In this document: positions 1-13,729 of the stretch, piece after piece
How the letters are laid out: every line of letters begins with the position of its first letter
How positions within the stretch are numbered: position 1 is the first letter of the stretch
Source of the DNA: Octopus vulgaris
Taxonomy: Eukaryota
Assembly (NCBI GenBank): GCA_951406725.2
Contig: OX597833.1
Location: 17,050,001-17,114,000 of the forward strand
Direction of reading: 5' to 3'
Length of the DNA stretch: 64,000 nt
Made by a program: the position numbers and the translations under genes
The notes under the pieces: generated by a model
Databases searched by the model: none
Seen by the model: the letters and a program-made list of their open reading frames with translations, nothing else
Told to the model about the DNA's origin: nothing

Positions 1-332
1 GTTATAAATACATTAGCCATCCATCCCCATTATCGAGTCTAAAACTTTGAAGTAACACAGCAGACGTTAAGTGATACTTTAAAACCAACATAGATAGGAT
101 ATACCAACTCCAGAGCATGAATCAGATATTGGATTACTAAAAAGTAACAACAGGAGAACTAGAAAATATTTAGAAGCGAGGAAAACTGAAAACTGTAATT
201 TGGGAACTAAAGGCAAATAAAAATGCTTTCTTGATATATAAGGAAACAATGGATTGCAAATGAGAAACTAAAATACTGAAAAGAAAAACAGGAGAAACGA
301 GATAAGGGCGAAATACTGAATTGGATAAACAA

Positions 333-727
333 CAGGAGCGGCTGTGTGTTAAGTAGCTTGCTAACCAACCACATGGTTCCGGGTTCCATCCACTGTGTGG
401 CATCTTAGGCAAGTGTCTTCTGCTATAGCCCCGGGTCGACCAATGCCTTGTGAGTGGATTTGGTAGACGGAAACTGAAAGAAGTCTATCGTATATATGTA
501 TATATATATATGCATGTGTGTGTGTTTGTGTGTCTGTGTTTGTCCCCCTAGAATTGCTTGACAACTGATGCTGGTGTGTTTACGTCCCCGTAACTTAGCG
601 GTTCGGCAAAAGAGACCGATAGAATAAGTACTGAGCTTACAAAGAATAAGTCCCGGGGTCGATTTGCTCGACTAAAGGCGGTGCTCCAGCATGGCCGCAG
701 TCAAATGACTGAAACAAGTAAGAGAGT
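333..727 (+). mobile_element. SINE family A (tRNA-like head, internal (TA)n/(TG)n tract, AAAAGAGT-type tail)
   Basis: A-box-like GGCTGTGTG(G)TAAG and B-box-like GGTTC(AGT)CCC in the family consensus. More than 15 full or partial copies in the window. Confidence 0.85.
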
Positions 728-819
728 AACTAAATAATATGCAATTGAAATTCTACAGTACATTGAAAGGAAACTTTTTAATACGATTTTATCCCAAACA
801 AGGCTTGAGGTCGTTACTT

Positions 820-1045
820 TTTACTCTTTTACTCTTTTATTTGTTTCAGTCACTTGACTGCGGCCATGCTGGAGCACCGCCTTTAGTCGAGCAAATCGAC
901 CCCAGGACTTATTCTTTGTAAGCCCAGTACTTATTCTATCGGTCTCTTTTGCCGAACCGCTAAGTTACGGGGACGTAAACACACCAGCATCGGGGACAAA
1001 CACAGACACACAAACATACACACACACACACGCCCACACACACAT

Positions 1046-1076
<31 letters not shown>

Positions 1077-1238
1077 GATGACGGGCTTCTTTCAGTTTCC
1101 GTCTACCAAATTCACTCACAAGGCTTTGGTCGACCTGAAGCTATAGTAAAAAACACTTGCCCAAGGTGTCACGCAGTGGGACTGAACCCAGAACCATGTG
1201 GTTGGTAAGGAAGCTACTTACCACACAGCCACTCCTGC
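820..1238 (-). mobile_element. SINE family A, inverted relative to 333-727
   Basis: Reverse complement matches the family A consensus along its length. Confidence 0.85.
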
Positions 1239-1254
1239 GTAAGAGATTATAAAG

Positions 1255-1465
1255 AAGGAAAGGAAGGGGCCAAAAATTTAAAAATCTGTCAAGTGATAGA
1301 AAGTTTAAAGGACTAAATATGGAAGCCTTTAGGAATATAAGAGGATGGTAATGAGTTCCAGGGAGCAGCAGTTCGAGAAAACAAGCCATTGGAATAAAAA
1401 GACTTGTAATTTTAATAGGAAAATAACAAAGAATAAAGCACATGGGAAGAGAAGCGACTGACATG
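1255..1465 (-). pseudogene. Decayed CR1/L2-like LINE ORF2 C-terminal remnant
   Basis: Minus strand reads FSRTAAPWNSLPSSYIPKGFHI*SFKLS, resembling the FFPRTxxxWNSLP...SFK C-terminus of CR1/L2 reverse transcriptases. Confidence 0.5.
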
Positions 1466-1672
1466 TTTAAAGATCTTGACCAGAAAGTTCATCAGAGCAA
1501 TGTCACTTGAAATGAATATATAAGCGCACACACTCACACACCTTGGTTGCCCCGGAGATATAGTAGAAAGCTCTTATCCGAGGTATTGCACATTGGGACT
1601 ATGTGATTGCAAAGTGAGCTTCTTAACAGCCATACCTGCGTCTCTCTCTCACTCTCTCCAAGCATATGTCTA

Positions 1673-1735
<63 letters not shown>

Positions 1736-1748
1736 ACATGTATGTATG

Positions 1749-1800
<52 letters not shown>

Positions 1801-3070
1801 CGAGGGGCGTTCAATAAGTAATGCCTCTGACCCACTTGCAGTTGTTTGATCTAGCTGAAATTTTGCATGTGCAATTATTTATATCTCTATAGATTAAGTG
1901 GCGAATTACACCTCTGAACTTATTGTGGTTTCTGATTTACAGGTGTTTGAACTGAGTCAAGTGTGAAATGGAGCCTGTTGAGTGTCGAGCAGTGATCCGG
2001 TTTTTGTATTTGAAATGACGCACACCACAGGAGACTTTTAATGAAATGAAAGTAACTTATGGTGGTGATGCCCCATCATATGACCTTGTAAAACGCCGGC
2101 ATCGTGAATTCAAACATGGTCGGAACTCTGTGGAAACAGCTCCCAGATCTGGTCGCCCCCTTCTGCCGTTGATGAGGCATTTGTCCGTCAAGTTGAGGCT
2201 GCCATTTTGGAAGGTCAACGCATAACTATTCGTCAAATAGCCCATGAGGTCAAGATTAGTACCGGGTCTGTGGAAACTATCATTCATGACCATTTGCATA
2301 TGCAAAAGGTGTCTGCCAGATGGATTTCCAGGTTGCTCACACCTTTCCAGAAGCAAGAACGCGTTGAGTGCTCGAGGATGAATTTGGAGATGTGCCAAGA
2401 AGATGAGTCAAACTTTTTCAAAAGACTGATCACACAGGATAAAACCTGGGTCCATCACTATGATCCATAGACCAAAGCCCAGTCAATGCAGTGAAAGCAC
2501 CGTGACTCACCTCCTCCTAAGAAGGCAAGGGTGCAGCCCTCCGCTGACAAGGTTATGCTCACAGTCTTCTGGGACCAGGACGGAGTAGTGATGACAGATT
2601 TCCTGGCAAAGGGTACCACAATTACAGGAGCCTATTATGCTTCACTTTTGAGGAAATTAAGAGAAGCTATCAAAATCAAGAGGCGGGGCAAGATCAGCAA
2701 AGGCATCCTCCTCCTGCAGGACAACGCTCCGGTCCACAACTCGCGTGTCGCCAGATCAGAAGCACAGGCATGCAGCTATGAACTCCTCCCCTTGCACCCT
2801 CTGATTTTCACCTCTTCCCAGCCATGAAGTTGATTTTGAAAGGAAATCGTTTCCCAGATGATGCAGCCTTGATTTCTGAAGTCACGTCGTGGTTGGAGGA
2901 CCAAGCTGGGGTCTTCTACAAAAACGGTCTCCAGAGCTGCATCAAACGATGGGAGAAATGCATAACTCTGGGTGGTTCCTATGTAGGAAAATACTAATAA
3001 CTGTGCCAAGTGTCGTTGCTCTACTGCTATGGGAAGTGGGTCAGGGGCATTACTTATTGAACGCCCCTCG
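1801..3070 (+). mobile_element. Full-length mariner DNA transposon, non-functional
   Basis: ~37-bp TIRs (CGAGGGGCGTTCAATAAGTAATGCC...CTGACCCACTT, one mismatch), TA on both sides within (TA)n, total length 1270 bp. Confidence 0.95.
1968..2997 (+). pseudogene. Mariner transposase pseudogene (stops and frameshifts)
   Basis: MEPVECRAVIRFLYLK*..RSGRP, KVSARWISRLLT (WVPHEL-like), ITQDKTWVHHYDP, KVMLTVFWD, LLLQDNAPVH, KRWEKCI...GSY. Confidence 0.92.
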
Positions 3071-3117
3071 TATATATATATATACTATTATTATTGTTGT
3101 TGTTGTTGTTGTTGTTA

Positions 3118-3157
<40 letters not shown>

Positions 3158-3182
3158 CATTATTATTATTATTATTATCATT

Positions 3183-3232
<50 letters not shown>
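3071..3232. repeat. Compound microsatellite (TA)n-(TTG)n-(TTA)n-(CAT)n
   Basis: Directly visible. Confidence 0.95.
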
Positions 3233-3647
3233 AAGACAGCGAGCTAGCAGAAACGTTAGCACGCCGGGCGAAATGCGTAGCAGTATTTCGTCTGCCGTTA
3301 CGTTCTGAGTTCAAATTCCGCCGTGATCGACTTTGCCTTTCATTCTTCCGGGGTCAATAAACTAAGTACCAGTTACGCACTGGGGTCGATGTAATCAACT
3401 TAATCCGTTTGTCTGTCCTTGTTTGTCCCCTCTGTGTGTAGCCCCTTGTGGGCAGTAAAGAAATAGGTATTTCGCCTGCCCTTACGTTCTGAGTTCAAAT
3501 TCCGCCGCAGTCGACTTCGCCTTTCATCCTTTCGGGGTCGATTAAATAAGTACCAGTTACGCACTGGGGTCGATATAATCAACTTAATTCGTTTCTGTGT
3601 CCTTGTTTGTCCCCTCTATGTTTAGCCTTCTGTGGGCAATAAAGAAA
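3233..3647 (+). mobile_element. SINE family C dimer (one head plus two ~181-bp bodies)
   Basis: Head GCGAGCT(G)GCAGAAACGTTAGCACGCCGGGCG, B box GAGTTCAAATTCC, body TTTCATCCTTTCGGGGTCGAT repeated twice, followed by (ATT)n. Confidence 0.85.
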
Positions 3648-3664
3648 TTATTATTATTACTATT

Positions 3665-3721
<57 letters not shown>

Positions 3722-3750
3722 GTTATTATTATTACTGTTATTATTATTAC

Positions 3751-3821
<71 letters not shown>

Positions 3822-4791
3822 CATTACTATTGTTATTATTATTATCATTACTATTGTTATTATTATTATTATTATCATTACTATTGTTATTATTATTATT
3901 ATCATCGTTACTATTGTTATTATTATTATCATTATTATTACTATTGTTATTATTACATTATTATTACTATTGTTATTATTACATGTTCGATATATTCTCT
4001 GATGTAAAGTATATGACAAGCGACTTAAGAAGTTTATATCACACTGCTTTCTTCTCCAGACCACGTCCTGTAAACGTGATCATTGTTGATGGAATTATTC
4101 CTTCAGCTGTATCTTCGAATGCTTCTCAGAGTGTTTTGGACATCATGTATTTAGTATTGGCTAAGAACTGGATGAGTCAGCATGATTAATGTTCTCCTGT
4201 CACCTTGTAATTGTGTTGTTTGGCGGCGCATATTTCGTTTCTGTGTTATATATTAAGTATCTTTTAATGTCGGCGCGAGTAATTTGTCTTTGGTGAAAAT
4301 TAAAACTTTCTACATGACACGTAATGGTGTTTCTTGTACAACATCATTACATTCACCATCTCAGTCTGCTTCTGTCTTATCCTAGAACCACAATTTATCA
4401 AAATGTGCTTTTGTATTCATTTATTTCTCTCACGGTTCACATGGCGCCGAAATCTTTTATGTTTTTCTTCAGCCCTAGGACTCATAATGCTGGTTATCCG
4501 GCTTCCATGACGCATAAGTGGCCGACATCACAATATTCCTCGTGAACAGGACACTTATTCGTTGCAGGGTTCGAAACCAGTAATTTTAAGGGGAAGGAGT
4601 CAAATCGATTACATCAACCCCAGTATATGACCAGTACTTCATTTTATAATATTTGCCAAGTGGATGAAAAGCAAACTTGGCACCAGTTGGGTTTAAACTC
4701 AGAAGCTAAGAAGCCGGAAGAAATGCCGCTGAGCGTTTTGTCCGGCATGCTAACGGTTCTATCTGCCCTTCACCTTCATGGTACCGTACTA

Positions 4792-5106
4792 ACGATAAGA
4801 CGATAAACGTCGCCCTTTTCAAGCCTAGCCAGGCTCATGGGCCCGGTTTCCCGGTTTCTGTGGCGTATGTGTTCCCCCCAGCTGGACGGGACGCCAATCC
4901 ATCGCAGCGTTACTCAAGAAACAGGAAGAGAGAGTGAGGGAAAGTTGTGGCGAAAGAGTACAACAGGGGTCACCACCCCCTGCCGGAGCTTCATGGAGCT
5001 TTAGATGTTTTCGCTCAATAAACACACAACCCCCGATCTGGGAATCGAACCGCGATCTTCCGAACGCGAATCCGCTACCCTAACCACTGGGCCATTGCGC
5101 CTACAC
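4792..5106 (-). mobile_element. SINE family D with 15-bp TSD
   Basis: TSD CATGGTACCGTACTA at 4777-4791 and 5107-5121. tRNA-like head TGGCCCAGTGG...GGTTCGATTCCC. Related copies at 21070-21275 and 62872-63140. Confidence 0.9.
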
Positions 5107-5569
5107 CATGGTACCGTACTAGCAGTCACTTATTCGGCGGTTCGAATCCTATTAATGATATAGCACTGTGTCTGCGTTAAAGCCACCGAAATATCGGTGG
5201 CCCAATCCAGGTAACTGTAGGCAGGTAGCTACATCGAACATCTTATATTTGACACCTTCGAGAACGGTCTTCTTCCGTATGAGAATAATATGTGGAAGAC
5301 TATCGGGCCAAGTAGTATGAAGATCCGGCGTCCCAGAAAGGCTACGCTTATTAGTACACGGACCTATTGAATAATCAGGGACTTAGAGCATAACGCAATG
5401 AGTAGGTGGATTCGAGACCGAACACCTTAAACAACTATGATCGAAACGGACAGAGGTTCTTTTTAATTAAGGTATTTTCCTAGAAATTTGTTTCCCTTAT
5501 TCACAGAAATCAAGCCATTCAATTTGACAAAATGTCCAGGCATATTTGTTTCAGTCAAAAGTTGTGACG

Positions 5570-6130
5570 ATGAACGTTCATATTGCCATTCTGGCCGTAC
5601 CAAGGAGGCAAACATTTTGTAACATTTCTACTGTGCATTTGATTCCTATTTCCTTTATATTGTTGTCTATGCCTTCTGATACTTTTCCCAAAGATCCAAC
5701 AATAATTGCCATTCTCTTTAACTTGTTTATATTCAACAGACGAGCTATCTCATATTTATGAAAATTGTATACGTCTATTTTTCGCCTTCTTTCAACAGAC
5801 GAGCTATCTCGTACTTAAGAGAATTGTATATCTATTTTCACCTTCTATCTTGGCTATTCGTGGGTCAAAGGGGCATGCAACATCAACTATAGAGCACATG
5901 TGGCTCGCGTTGATCATCATCACTGAGTCCGCCTTTTTGTTCTCAAACATCTGATGTTTGGATCGGGAAGTACCACAGGAATTTACAGGTCTCCGATTCC
6001 GCCATTCTCTCTGGTATGTGCTCATACCATGTCTTGCACCTCTCTAGACACCACTTTTCACACAGTCTCCACAGTGTAGTACTTTCACTACATCATCGTG
6101 CCACCACAGCTTACATTGGCCTAGGGCAAC
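5570..6130 (-). pseudogene. R4/Dong-like LINE 3' remnant (restriction-like endonuclease)
   Basis: CSIVDVACPFDPRI and IIVGSLGKVSEGIDNNIKEIGIKCTVEMLQNVCLLGTARM in interrupted frames. Homologous in motif order to 13090-13655. Confidence 0.7.
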
Positions 6131-6230
6131 TCGAGGGCTTTCGTTTGCGATACGAGCAACGATTTAGTGAACTCTATCGCAGCTTCGGCAGACTGGAGAC
6201 ACTTACTCATTCCTAATCATTATAATTATT

Positions 6231-6332
<102 letters not shown>

Positions 6333-6708
6333 GTTATTATTATTATTTTATGACATCATTGAGGTGTCATCAACTCCTTTCCATAAGTGGGTAAGGCGAT
6401 ATTTCAAGATATTTAGCTTTGAGATTTTATACACATTTATGTACACACACACACACACATATACATAGATCTCCATACATACTTATTCACATATACGCAT
6501 AACACACCACACAAACACGGACATGTTCATATACATACACACACATTATTTATATATTATATATATATATATATATATGTATACACATAATAACGGTGAC
6601 GTGAAACTCTGAGTAACAGTTATTTGAAAATTTTGCAGCTTTAATAAGAGCATAACTATCGTATACGAGTGCTATTTTTTCTACCTTGTTTTGCGTTTAT
6701 CCGCTTAC

Positions 6709-6819
<111 letters not shown>

Positions 6820-8305
6820 AATATGTATATATATATATATATGTCACTAATCTCTCCGATAACGCCAACAGCTTTATTCCATCTCCCATTTTTCCGCGTG
6901 TTCTAATCCTGCTTCCATTGTTTTGGGCCTTAACAAGTTTTTATCTATTTTTATACCAGACAAATTCTTCAGCCAAACTTCTTAATATAATTAGATTAAT
7001 TCAGCACGGTTGTTTATATATTTTTAATGGTTTGGTTTGTAAGAAACATTTGGCCCCGTGCCTCTCGCAGCCTTTCTTTGTAAGCTAACACAATATACTC
7101 TTCCATCAACACATCTAACTCACGGCTGACTGTGTAAGTTAAATACCAAATCCATTGACTCTGCAGCATGTATCTATCCTGAGCATCACTTTAAGTGCTT
7201 TCAGTGCATATATTGTACTGATGTGCAAACTTCCAGTGTAATTATGAAATATGAGTAGAAATACACATTTGATCTACCTACCCTTTGGCTTTATTTTTTT
7301 TTAGTATATTTCTAATAATATCTTGCTAATTGTTCCTAATTACACACTTATAACAATTAACCAGCGGTTCAATCGATGGAAAAAGAAACATAATTTGACA
7401 AATCACACTGATACTGTTGTTTTTTTTATGTTTTTTTTTTAACAACCCACTGACTTCAGTACTGCTTATGTGAGAATATGATATTACAAAAGGTAAAATT
7501 ATTTGGTCAATACCATTTATCTCTTTGAAAGGCATAAAATATCACTTTCTATTTCCTAGTGTATATTACACCATCTGATGGCATAGAAAAGGTTGTAATC
7601 TTGTGGTAGAGGTGGCAAACGTGTTGGATCTTGATGCTGATAACCGTATTTGATGACCTCTTGGAGATTGCAATTTTGTGCTTAAGACTGCAATATTTTA
7701 AAGAGATTTCTTTATCAGTACCTTGATGTTAAATACTGTATTTGACAGTAAATATAAAAACTCATCCCAGATTCTATAAGCAGAGTCGGGTTTCCCATAA
7801 GCTTTGATACACTAAAATCTTTAACGCACTAAAAACATTGTTACAGAATGTTCTAGAGGAAAGTTGTGATCCATTACCTATAGCCCGTGGAAAGTGGTTA
7901 ACTGGCATTATGAAGTTGTACGGTTTGACACAAAAATCTATTTATCAAAAACTGATCGATAACAGAATATGAGATACCAGAATTTAGAAATACAGGAAGA
8001 AACTAAGTAAACTGTAACACATTTTCAACTACATCTAGATATATTATTTACATTATTTATATTATTTACATTTGATGGATATTTGTCCTCATCTTGTTTG
8101 TTGTTAACACATTTCAGTGTATTAAACAACTACGCCATATGCCCGTGAGTATATGGCGTAGTGGTTTCATATCAGTGTTGCCAACATAAAATCACAATTT
8201 TGTATAAATCTCAGTTGAAAAAATACCAAAAAATTGCTAAATAAGAAAAAAATACTAAAGACTAATTATATCAAAAAGCTAAATTCTTATTTTCTTTAAT
8301 TGTAT

Positions 8306-10650
8306 TCAGCTTTGAGAAATAATTTCTTGAATTTCACTGATTTGATCACTTTCGACTGCAGTGCCTAGGTCTTGACTTCTGTATACATTCAAGGTCCCAA
8401 TTTTGGTAATTATGTGTTTTGGAATATCGAAGTTTTTGCAACATTTGCCATATCTTTTCAGGCCATATTTTACAGACAGTATTGATCTAAGCATAGGAAG
8501 ATGCATTTTGTTTTTCAATTTTGATTTGATTACACCCATGCTACTGAACAACCATTTAACCTTTGCATTTGAGTTTGGCAATGTCAATAAATTAATGGCA
8601 AAATTTTCACCATCTCTAAAAGTATTTCCTCCAGTAGCATCTTTATATTCCAAGACTTCCAGCCAGAATTCCTCAGTATTAGACGTATTTGTCCGTTTAA
8701 CTAAATGAATGTTATTAAACCGATATTCAATTGAAGCAATTTTTTTTATTTAAATGCATTGCTTCTAAGACAGGTAAAATTGGTTCTTTGAAATGCTGCA
8801 TAATATTCTCTACCGAAAAACATTTGATATCCCTCAGTATATTAATATTTTCTAGCAGACGGTACTTGAGCTCTTTATAAAAGCAGAGTAAAAATTGGTG
8901 TGCACTTTTGAGAATACTATTTTCTTCAGTGGCTGTTACAGTCTTCTTGATAATAATTTCTGCTATCTTTCTCTGAAGTCTGTAGCCTAGATTTGGTTTA
9001 GGATCAAAACTTTTTCAATAGAAGCATCCGGATCAAGAGAATCAATTCTACCTGTTGGCAACACTATCGTATTAGCAACAGATTTGATCAAATTTGAAAG
9101 ATCTTCAAAGAATTTTGTTTTGTTGACAGTGTTTGATTCAAACATTTTATTCACTTCCTGAACATGTTTTAAAATTAGATACTAAAATAAAAGGTAAAGT
9201 TCATTCCTCGAAGCACAAAACATTTTATGTAGCATTTGTGCTGCAAAGCATTTTTTCTTTTGTAATTGTAGTTTGGAAGTGAGTTTGCAATTCAAACCAT
9301 TGGCTTAAAATTCTATTTACCGCTCGCTCTATTGACAACCACCACCCAGTTGTAGAAGAATTCGCAATCTTCAAAGGCTCTTTATCATTGATAGCAAGGT
9401 AAAGTTGTTTGTAGACACTTTGTCTTGTTGAAGAATGAGAGATCCATTTATAGGTTTCGGATACTAAAATTCGAAATTTATGGGCAAGCATTCAGCACAA
9501 GTGTGGATTACTGCCAACTGTAAAGAATGACATACACATCTGAATAGAAGTTATGGTGGAACTTTTTTTAATTTCTGGAAAACACCATTGTTGACTCCTA
9601 CCATTATTCTAGCATTGTCGGTTCCTATAGCCAGTATATGTTTTATATCTAATTTCTTTTTCACTAATTCAATTTTTAAGGCATCTACAATGCCATCTGC
9701 ATCACATTTTTCTAAAGATACCATTCTGAGATATGTATGTACCACTTTTTTGTGAGTGTCACTATAATATATGATAACAATTCCTAACAACTTATTTATC
9801 GATATATCATTGGATACATCTATGATAATAACAGGCTAAATTTTCTATCTCCTATATCAGAAATCTCCATCAAAATATGGAGCTAGAACATTTCTCATAA
9901 TATTTGCACATTTTGTACGATGCAACTTCATTTTAGATATAATATCACTATCAGACATAGAATTCTTACATAAGTCTATTTATTTAGTGATCACAGCTAT
10001 TAAATTATGAGTGATAGCAAATAGACATTGCTAAATTTGCTTGAAGCATAAATGTCTTATCATTTTTGGTTTTAATAAAATTGTTAAGAGGAATCATTTG
10101 CTGTGGAGTTGATGCCTTATGTCTCTTTGCTTCACAGTGGCTTACTAAAAGATAATATTTTGCCAACATATTATATCTACAGTATCTGCAATGTGCTTTA
10201 GATTGGTCACTAGGTACTTCACACAACCACTTAGTAAACGCTGGTGAGGGCGCGTGGCTTAGTGGTTAGGGCATTCGGCTCATGATCGTAAGGTTGTGAG
10301 TTCGATTCCCGGCGACGTGTTGTGTCCTTGAGCAAGACACTTTATTTCACGTTGCTCCAGTCCACTCAGCTGGCAAAAATGAGTTGTACTTGTATTTCAA
10401 AGGGTCAGCCTTGTCACTCTCTGTGTCACGCTGATTATCCCCGAGAACTACGTTATGGGTACACGTGTCTGTGGAATGCTCAGCCATTTGCACGTTAATT
10501 TCACGAGCAAGCTGTTCTGTTGATCGTATCAGCTGGGACCCTCGTCGTCGTAACCGGCGGAGTCTTTTTTTTTAGTAAACGCTGGCATCTTAAGCCATTC
10601 CTTTCAGAATTTTTGCTGGTACAACTATTTTTTTTTTTTTTTTTTGCTCA
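8306..10650 (-). pseudogene. hAT transposase pseudogene (ZNF862/ZMYM-like type)
   Basis: Zn-finger-like AHCRYC..SHCEAKRHK, catalytic region LAIGTDNARIMVGVNNGV, WISHSSTRQ, dimerisation-like LLTLPNSNAKVKWLFSSMGVIKSKLKNKM. Many stops. Interrupted by a SINE. Confidence 0.85.
10245..10571 (+). mobile_element. SINE family B nested in the hAT, 14-bp TSD
   Basis: TSD TTAGTAAACGCTGG at 10231-10244 and 10572-10585. A box TGGCTTAGTGG, B box GAGTTCGATTCCC, CORE-like GTCCTTGAGCAAGACACTT. Confidence 0.92.
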
Positions 10651-11797
10651 TTATAATGTAATGGGAAGCAAGAAAATGAATTGACTGATTGATAAAGATA
10701 CAAAATTGAAAACACAACTTATCAGTTTGTCGCTAACAATTCTTTCATTCGCCATTAACAATTCTCATGTTTGCTGCTTACAAATTCTTGAGGTGAAGAA
10801 TACTGATTCCGGATGCTGAGTGGCCAATTTATAAATGGAAAAGTAAAATCTGTAAAAACCCTAAAACTGTGTTCTGATATGAACCTGGGGACATCATATT
10901 TTGCTTCCGATCTTACATTTAATATATATTGGTAAAACCACAACTATAACTACAATACTTGAAAAAAAAAATTTAAGTAGAAATATAAAGGGGGAGACCC
11001 CGCCACCCCCGTACTTCTACTCAAGATATATAATCCAAAACAAGCAGGAAAAACACAGGCTTATTTTAAATCAGTCAAACAAACTGAAAGTAAATCAGTC
11101 AACCTGTTATGGTAAAAGCTCATCACAACAGAATAAAGCAGTTTTAGGACAAATTTCCATACTTTTATTCTCTGCAACATATTTACATTATTGTGTAGTG
11201 AGTTCAGGTGGTGACATGAGTTATCTTTTCCTCTTTGCCCCACAAGCACCACTCTGTATCCATTGTATCTAAGCGTGGGGAGTGGGGCTGAAAAAGTTAA
11301 TAACTTGATAAACTTCTTTTGATAATCTTTCATTTGAAGTTTTATGAAAGTGAAAGAAAAATTCAATAATAGCCGATAGTACTAAAATTTGGCTGTAAGC
11401 TACCTTAATGAAAATAGAAAAGGGGGAAAAAGAAGAAAAAAAAAGGGTAATTATTGTGGAAATATCATGATCAGAGAAAAATACTAAAAAAAAAATGCTA
11501 AATAAAACTTTAAACCTGCTATTTTCCCTGCTAAATGCTACATTCAAAAAATTTTCTGCTAAATGTTGAAAGAAAAATGCTAGATCTAGCATAAAATATG
11601 CTGAATTGGCAACCTTGTTTCATGTATTTTTATAATTAAGATCTAAACTATTAATATATGAATGCAAAAGAAATACTTGAATAACTGTAAACCTACTTTT
11701 GGGTCACCCAGTAAAAACATCTTTTTTTTTTCTTTTTTAGTTTCAGTTCAGTGCTGCGGCCATGCTGATGCACCGCCGTTTTGTGCTACACTGTTAT

Positions 11798-11990
11798 TAC
11801 TAAGAGCCTCCTCTAATATGTGGCACTTGGTGAAGAATGGAGTTTGATATAGCTACCCTCATTTGCACCGCTTGCCGTGAGGTAGGTTCATCTGGGACTC
11901 TCGACAGGAAGAGGTCCATCTTTGATTTAAAAACCCCTACATCTACTTTGTGCAAGTTCAAAGCTGTGGGTCCTTGAAACCCAGGTTGTT
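11798..11990 (-). pseudogene. CR1-like LINE 3' end remnant
   Basis: VFKSKMDLFLSRVPDEPT...RVAISNSIL resembles CR1-clade ORF2 C-termini. Confidence 0.65.
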
Positions 11991-12082
11991 GCATCAAAGC
12001 TGCAAAACACACATAACTGATACTCAGAGTTTCAGTTCGTCGGACAGTTGTAATCAAGACTGGAATAAAATTGTGCGTGTGT

Positions 12083-12162
<80 letters not shown>

Positions 12163-12682
12163 GTGTATCAAGGCGGTGCCCCAGCATGGCCGCATTCTTA
12201 TGAGTAAACCAAGTAAAAGATGAACGATAAAAGTTAGATACGGTTGGCCTCTTTCAGTTTCCGTCTTTTAAATCCACTCACAAGGCTTAGGTCGGCCCCA
12301 GGACATAGTACACAAGACATTTGCTCCAGCTGCCATGCAGTGTGACTGAACCCGAAACCATGTGGTTGAGAAGCATGCTTTTTACCACACAACCACACCT
12401 GCGCCTGTAGCTCAATCATATTTGTTCAATCACGCTGTTTGCATATAATATAATATAATATAATATAAAATAATATATAAAAGACTATAAAACATAATCT
12501 TATAGAAATACCACTAAGCTGAATTTGTATTATATGTCACTTACCATTCCATAATAAAATATCTGAGTACTATAGCATATTTTAGCATAAATCGTTGTGA
12601 AAACACTTACATATGACATTTTCGTGATTCGATAGATTACTAACTTGAAGAATATACAAATATAAACTTAAATAAATAAATA

Positions 12683-12744
<62 letters not shown>

Positions 12745-12746
<2 letters not shown>

Positions 12747-12955
12747 CTCTTTTACTCTTTTACTTGTTTCAGTCATTTGAGTGCGGCCATGCTGGAGCAC
12801 CGCCTTTAGTCGAGCAAATCGACCCCGGGACTTATTCTTTGTAAGCCCAGTACTTATTCTATCGGTCTCTTTTGCCGAACCGCTAAGTTACGGGGACGTA
12901 AACACACCAGCATCGGTTGTCAAGCAATGCTAGGGGGACAAACGCAGACACACAA

Positions 12956-13000
<45 letters not shown>
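12745..13000 (-). mobile_element. SINE family A 3' half
   Basis: Matches consensus and ends in its internal (TA)n, where a Tc1/mariner-like terminus (TACAGAGTGGCCCAAAAGTAGG) begins. Confidence 0.8.
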
Positions 13001-13006
<6 letters not shown>

Positions 13007-13089
13007 GTGGCCCAAAAGTAGGTTTACAGCTATCACGTAGGCACAGCCAGACAATGAACGCCACTAGTCCAGAAAAAATATAAGAGGTG

Positions 13090-13656
13090 TCATGACAATA
13101 TAGTAAGTATTGTCCATTGGACACTTTGCAACAAGTATGGACTTGACAGAGCAAAAAAGTGGTACGACCATAAACCCGAAAGCATCGTCGAAAATGATAA
13201 TGCAAAGATCCTTTGGGATTTTTTAATTTAGTGCGGACCATGGGATAGAGAATAGGAAGCCAGGTAGAATATTAATTTAGAAAGAAAGCGAACGATGCTG
13301 GATCATAGATATAGCATGCTCAGCTGATAACATAGTTTGTGATAAGGAAGAAAGAAAAGTCGATAGATATGACAGGTTAGCTTGGGAGGTTAAGCAGTTG
13401 TGGGCGATGAAAAAGGTGGTAGTAGTACTAATAATTGTCGGAGCACTGGGAACAGTGAGTAAAAATCTTGAGAAGGACATGGAACGAATAGGGGCTGCAA
13501 TAAGGGTGGAGCACTTGCAGAAAACAACACTGCGTGGAACCGCTCGATTACTCCGGAAGGTGCTCGAAAAATAAGAGGTGTTACCTTAGTTCACTGGTAA
13601 TGAACAGCTGACACCGTAGTACATCTCCAGCGATAGAAGCTGTGCAAAGGCAATAA

Positions 13657-13729
<73 letters not shown>

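Larger units (their letters stand above)
8173..11617 (-). mobile_element. hAT-superfamily DNA transposon, degenerate but apparently full length
   Basis: TIRs CAGTGTTGCCAA / TTGGCAACCTTG. 8-bp TSD TTTCATAT (8165-8172) / TTTCATGT (11618-11625). Subterminal TGCTAAA repeats. Confidence 0.88.

Noticed and set aside
361-564. Recurrent short ORFs such as ...YQIHSQG.GRP.AI.EDTCPRCH and NWYLFNRPRKDERQSRPRRNLNSE
   Set aside because: Antisense translations of SINE A and SINE C with inconsistent frames between copies.
10245-10315. tRNA gene
   Set aside because: A and B boxes belong to a TSD-flanked multi-copy SINE head, and no complete cloverleaf is apparent.
11685-13029. Matching Tc1-like termini at 11685-11713 and 13001-13029 as one element
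   Set aside because: They face outward (a right end, then a left end), so they belong to two separate fragments.
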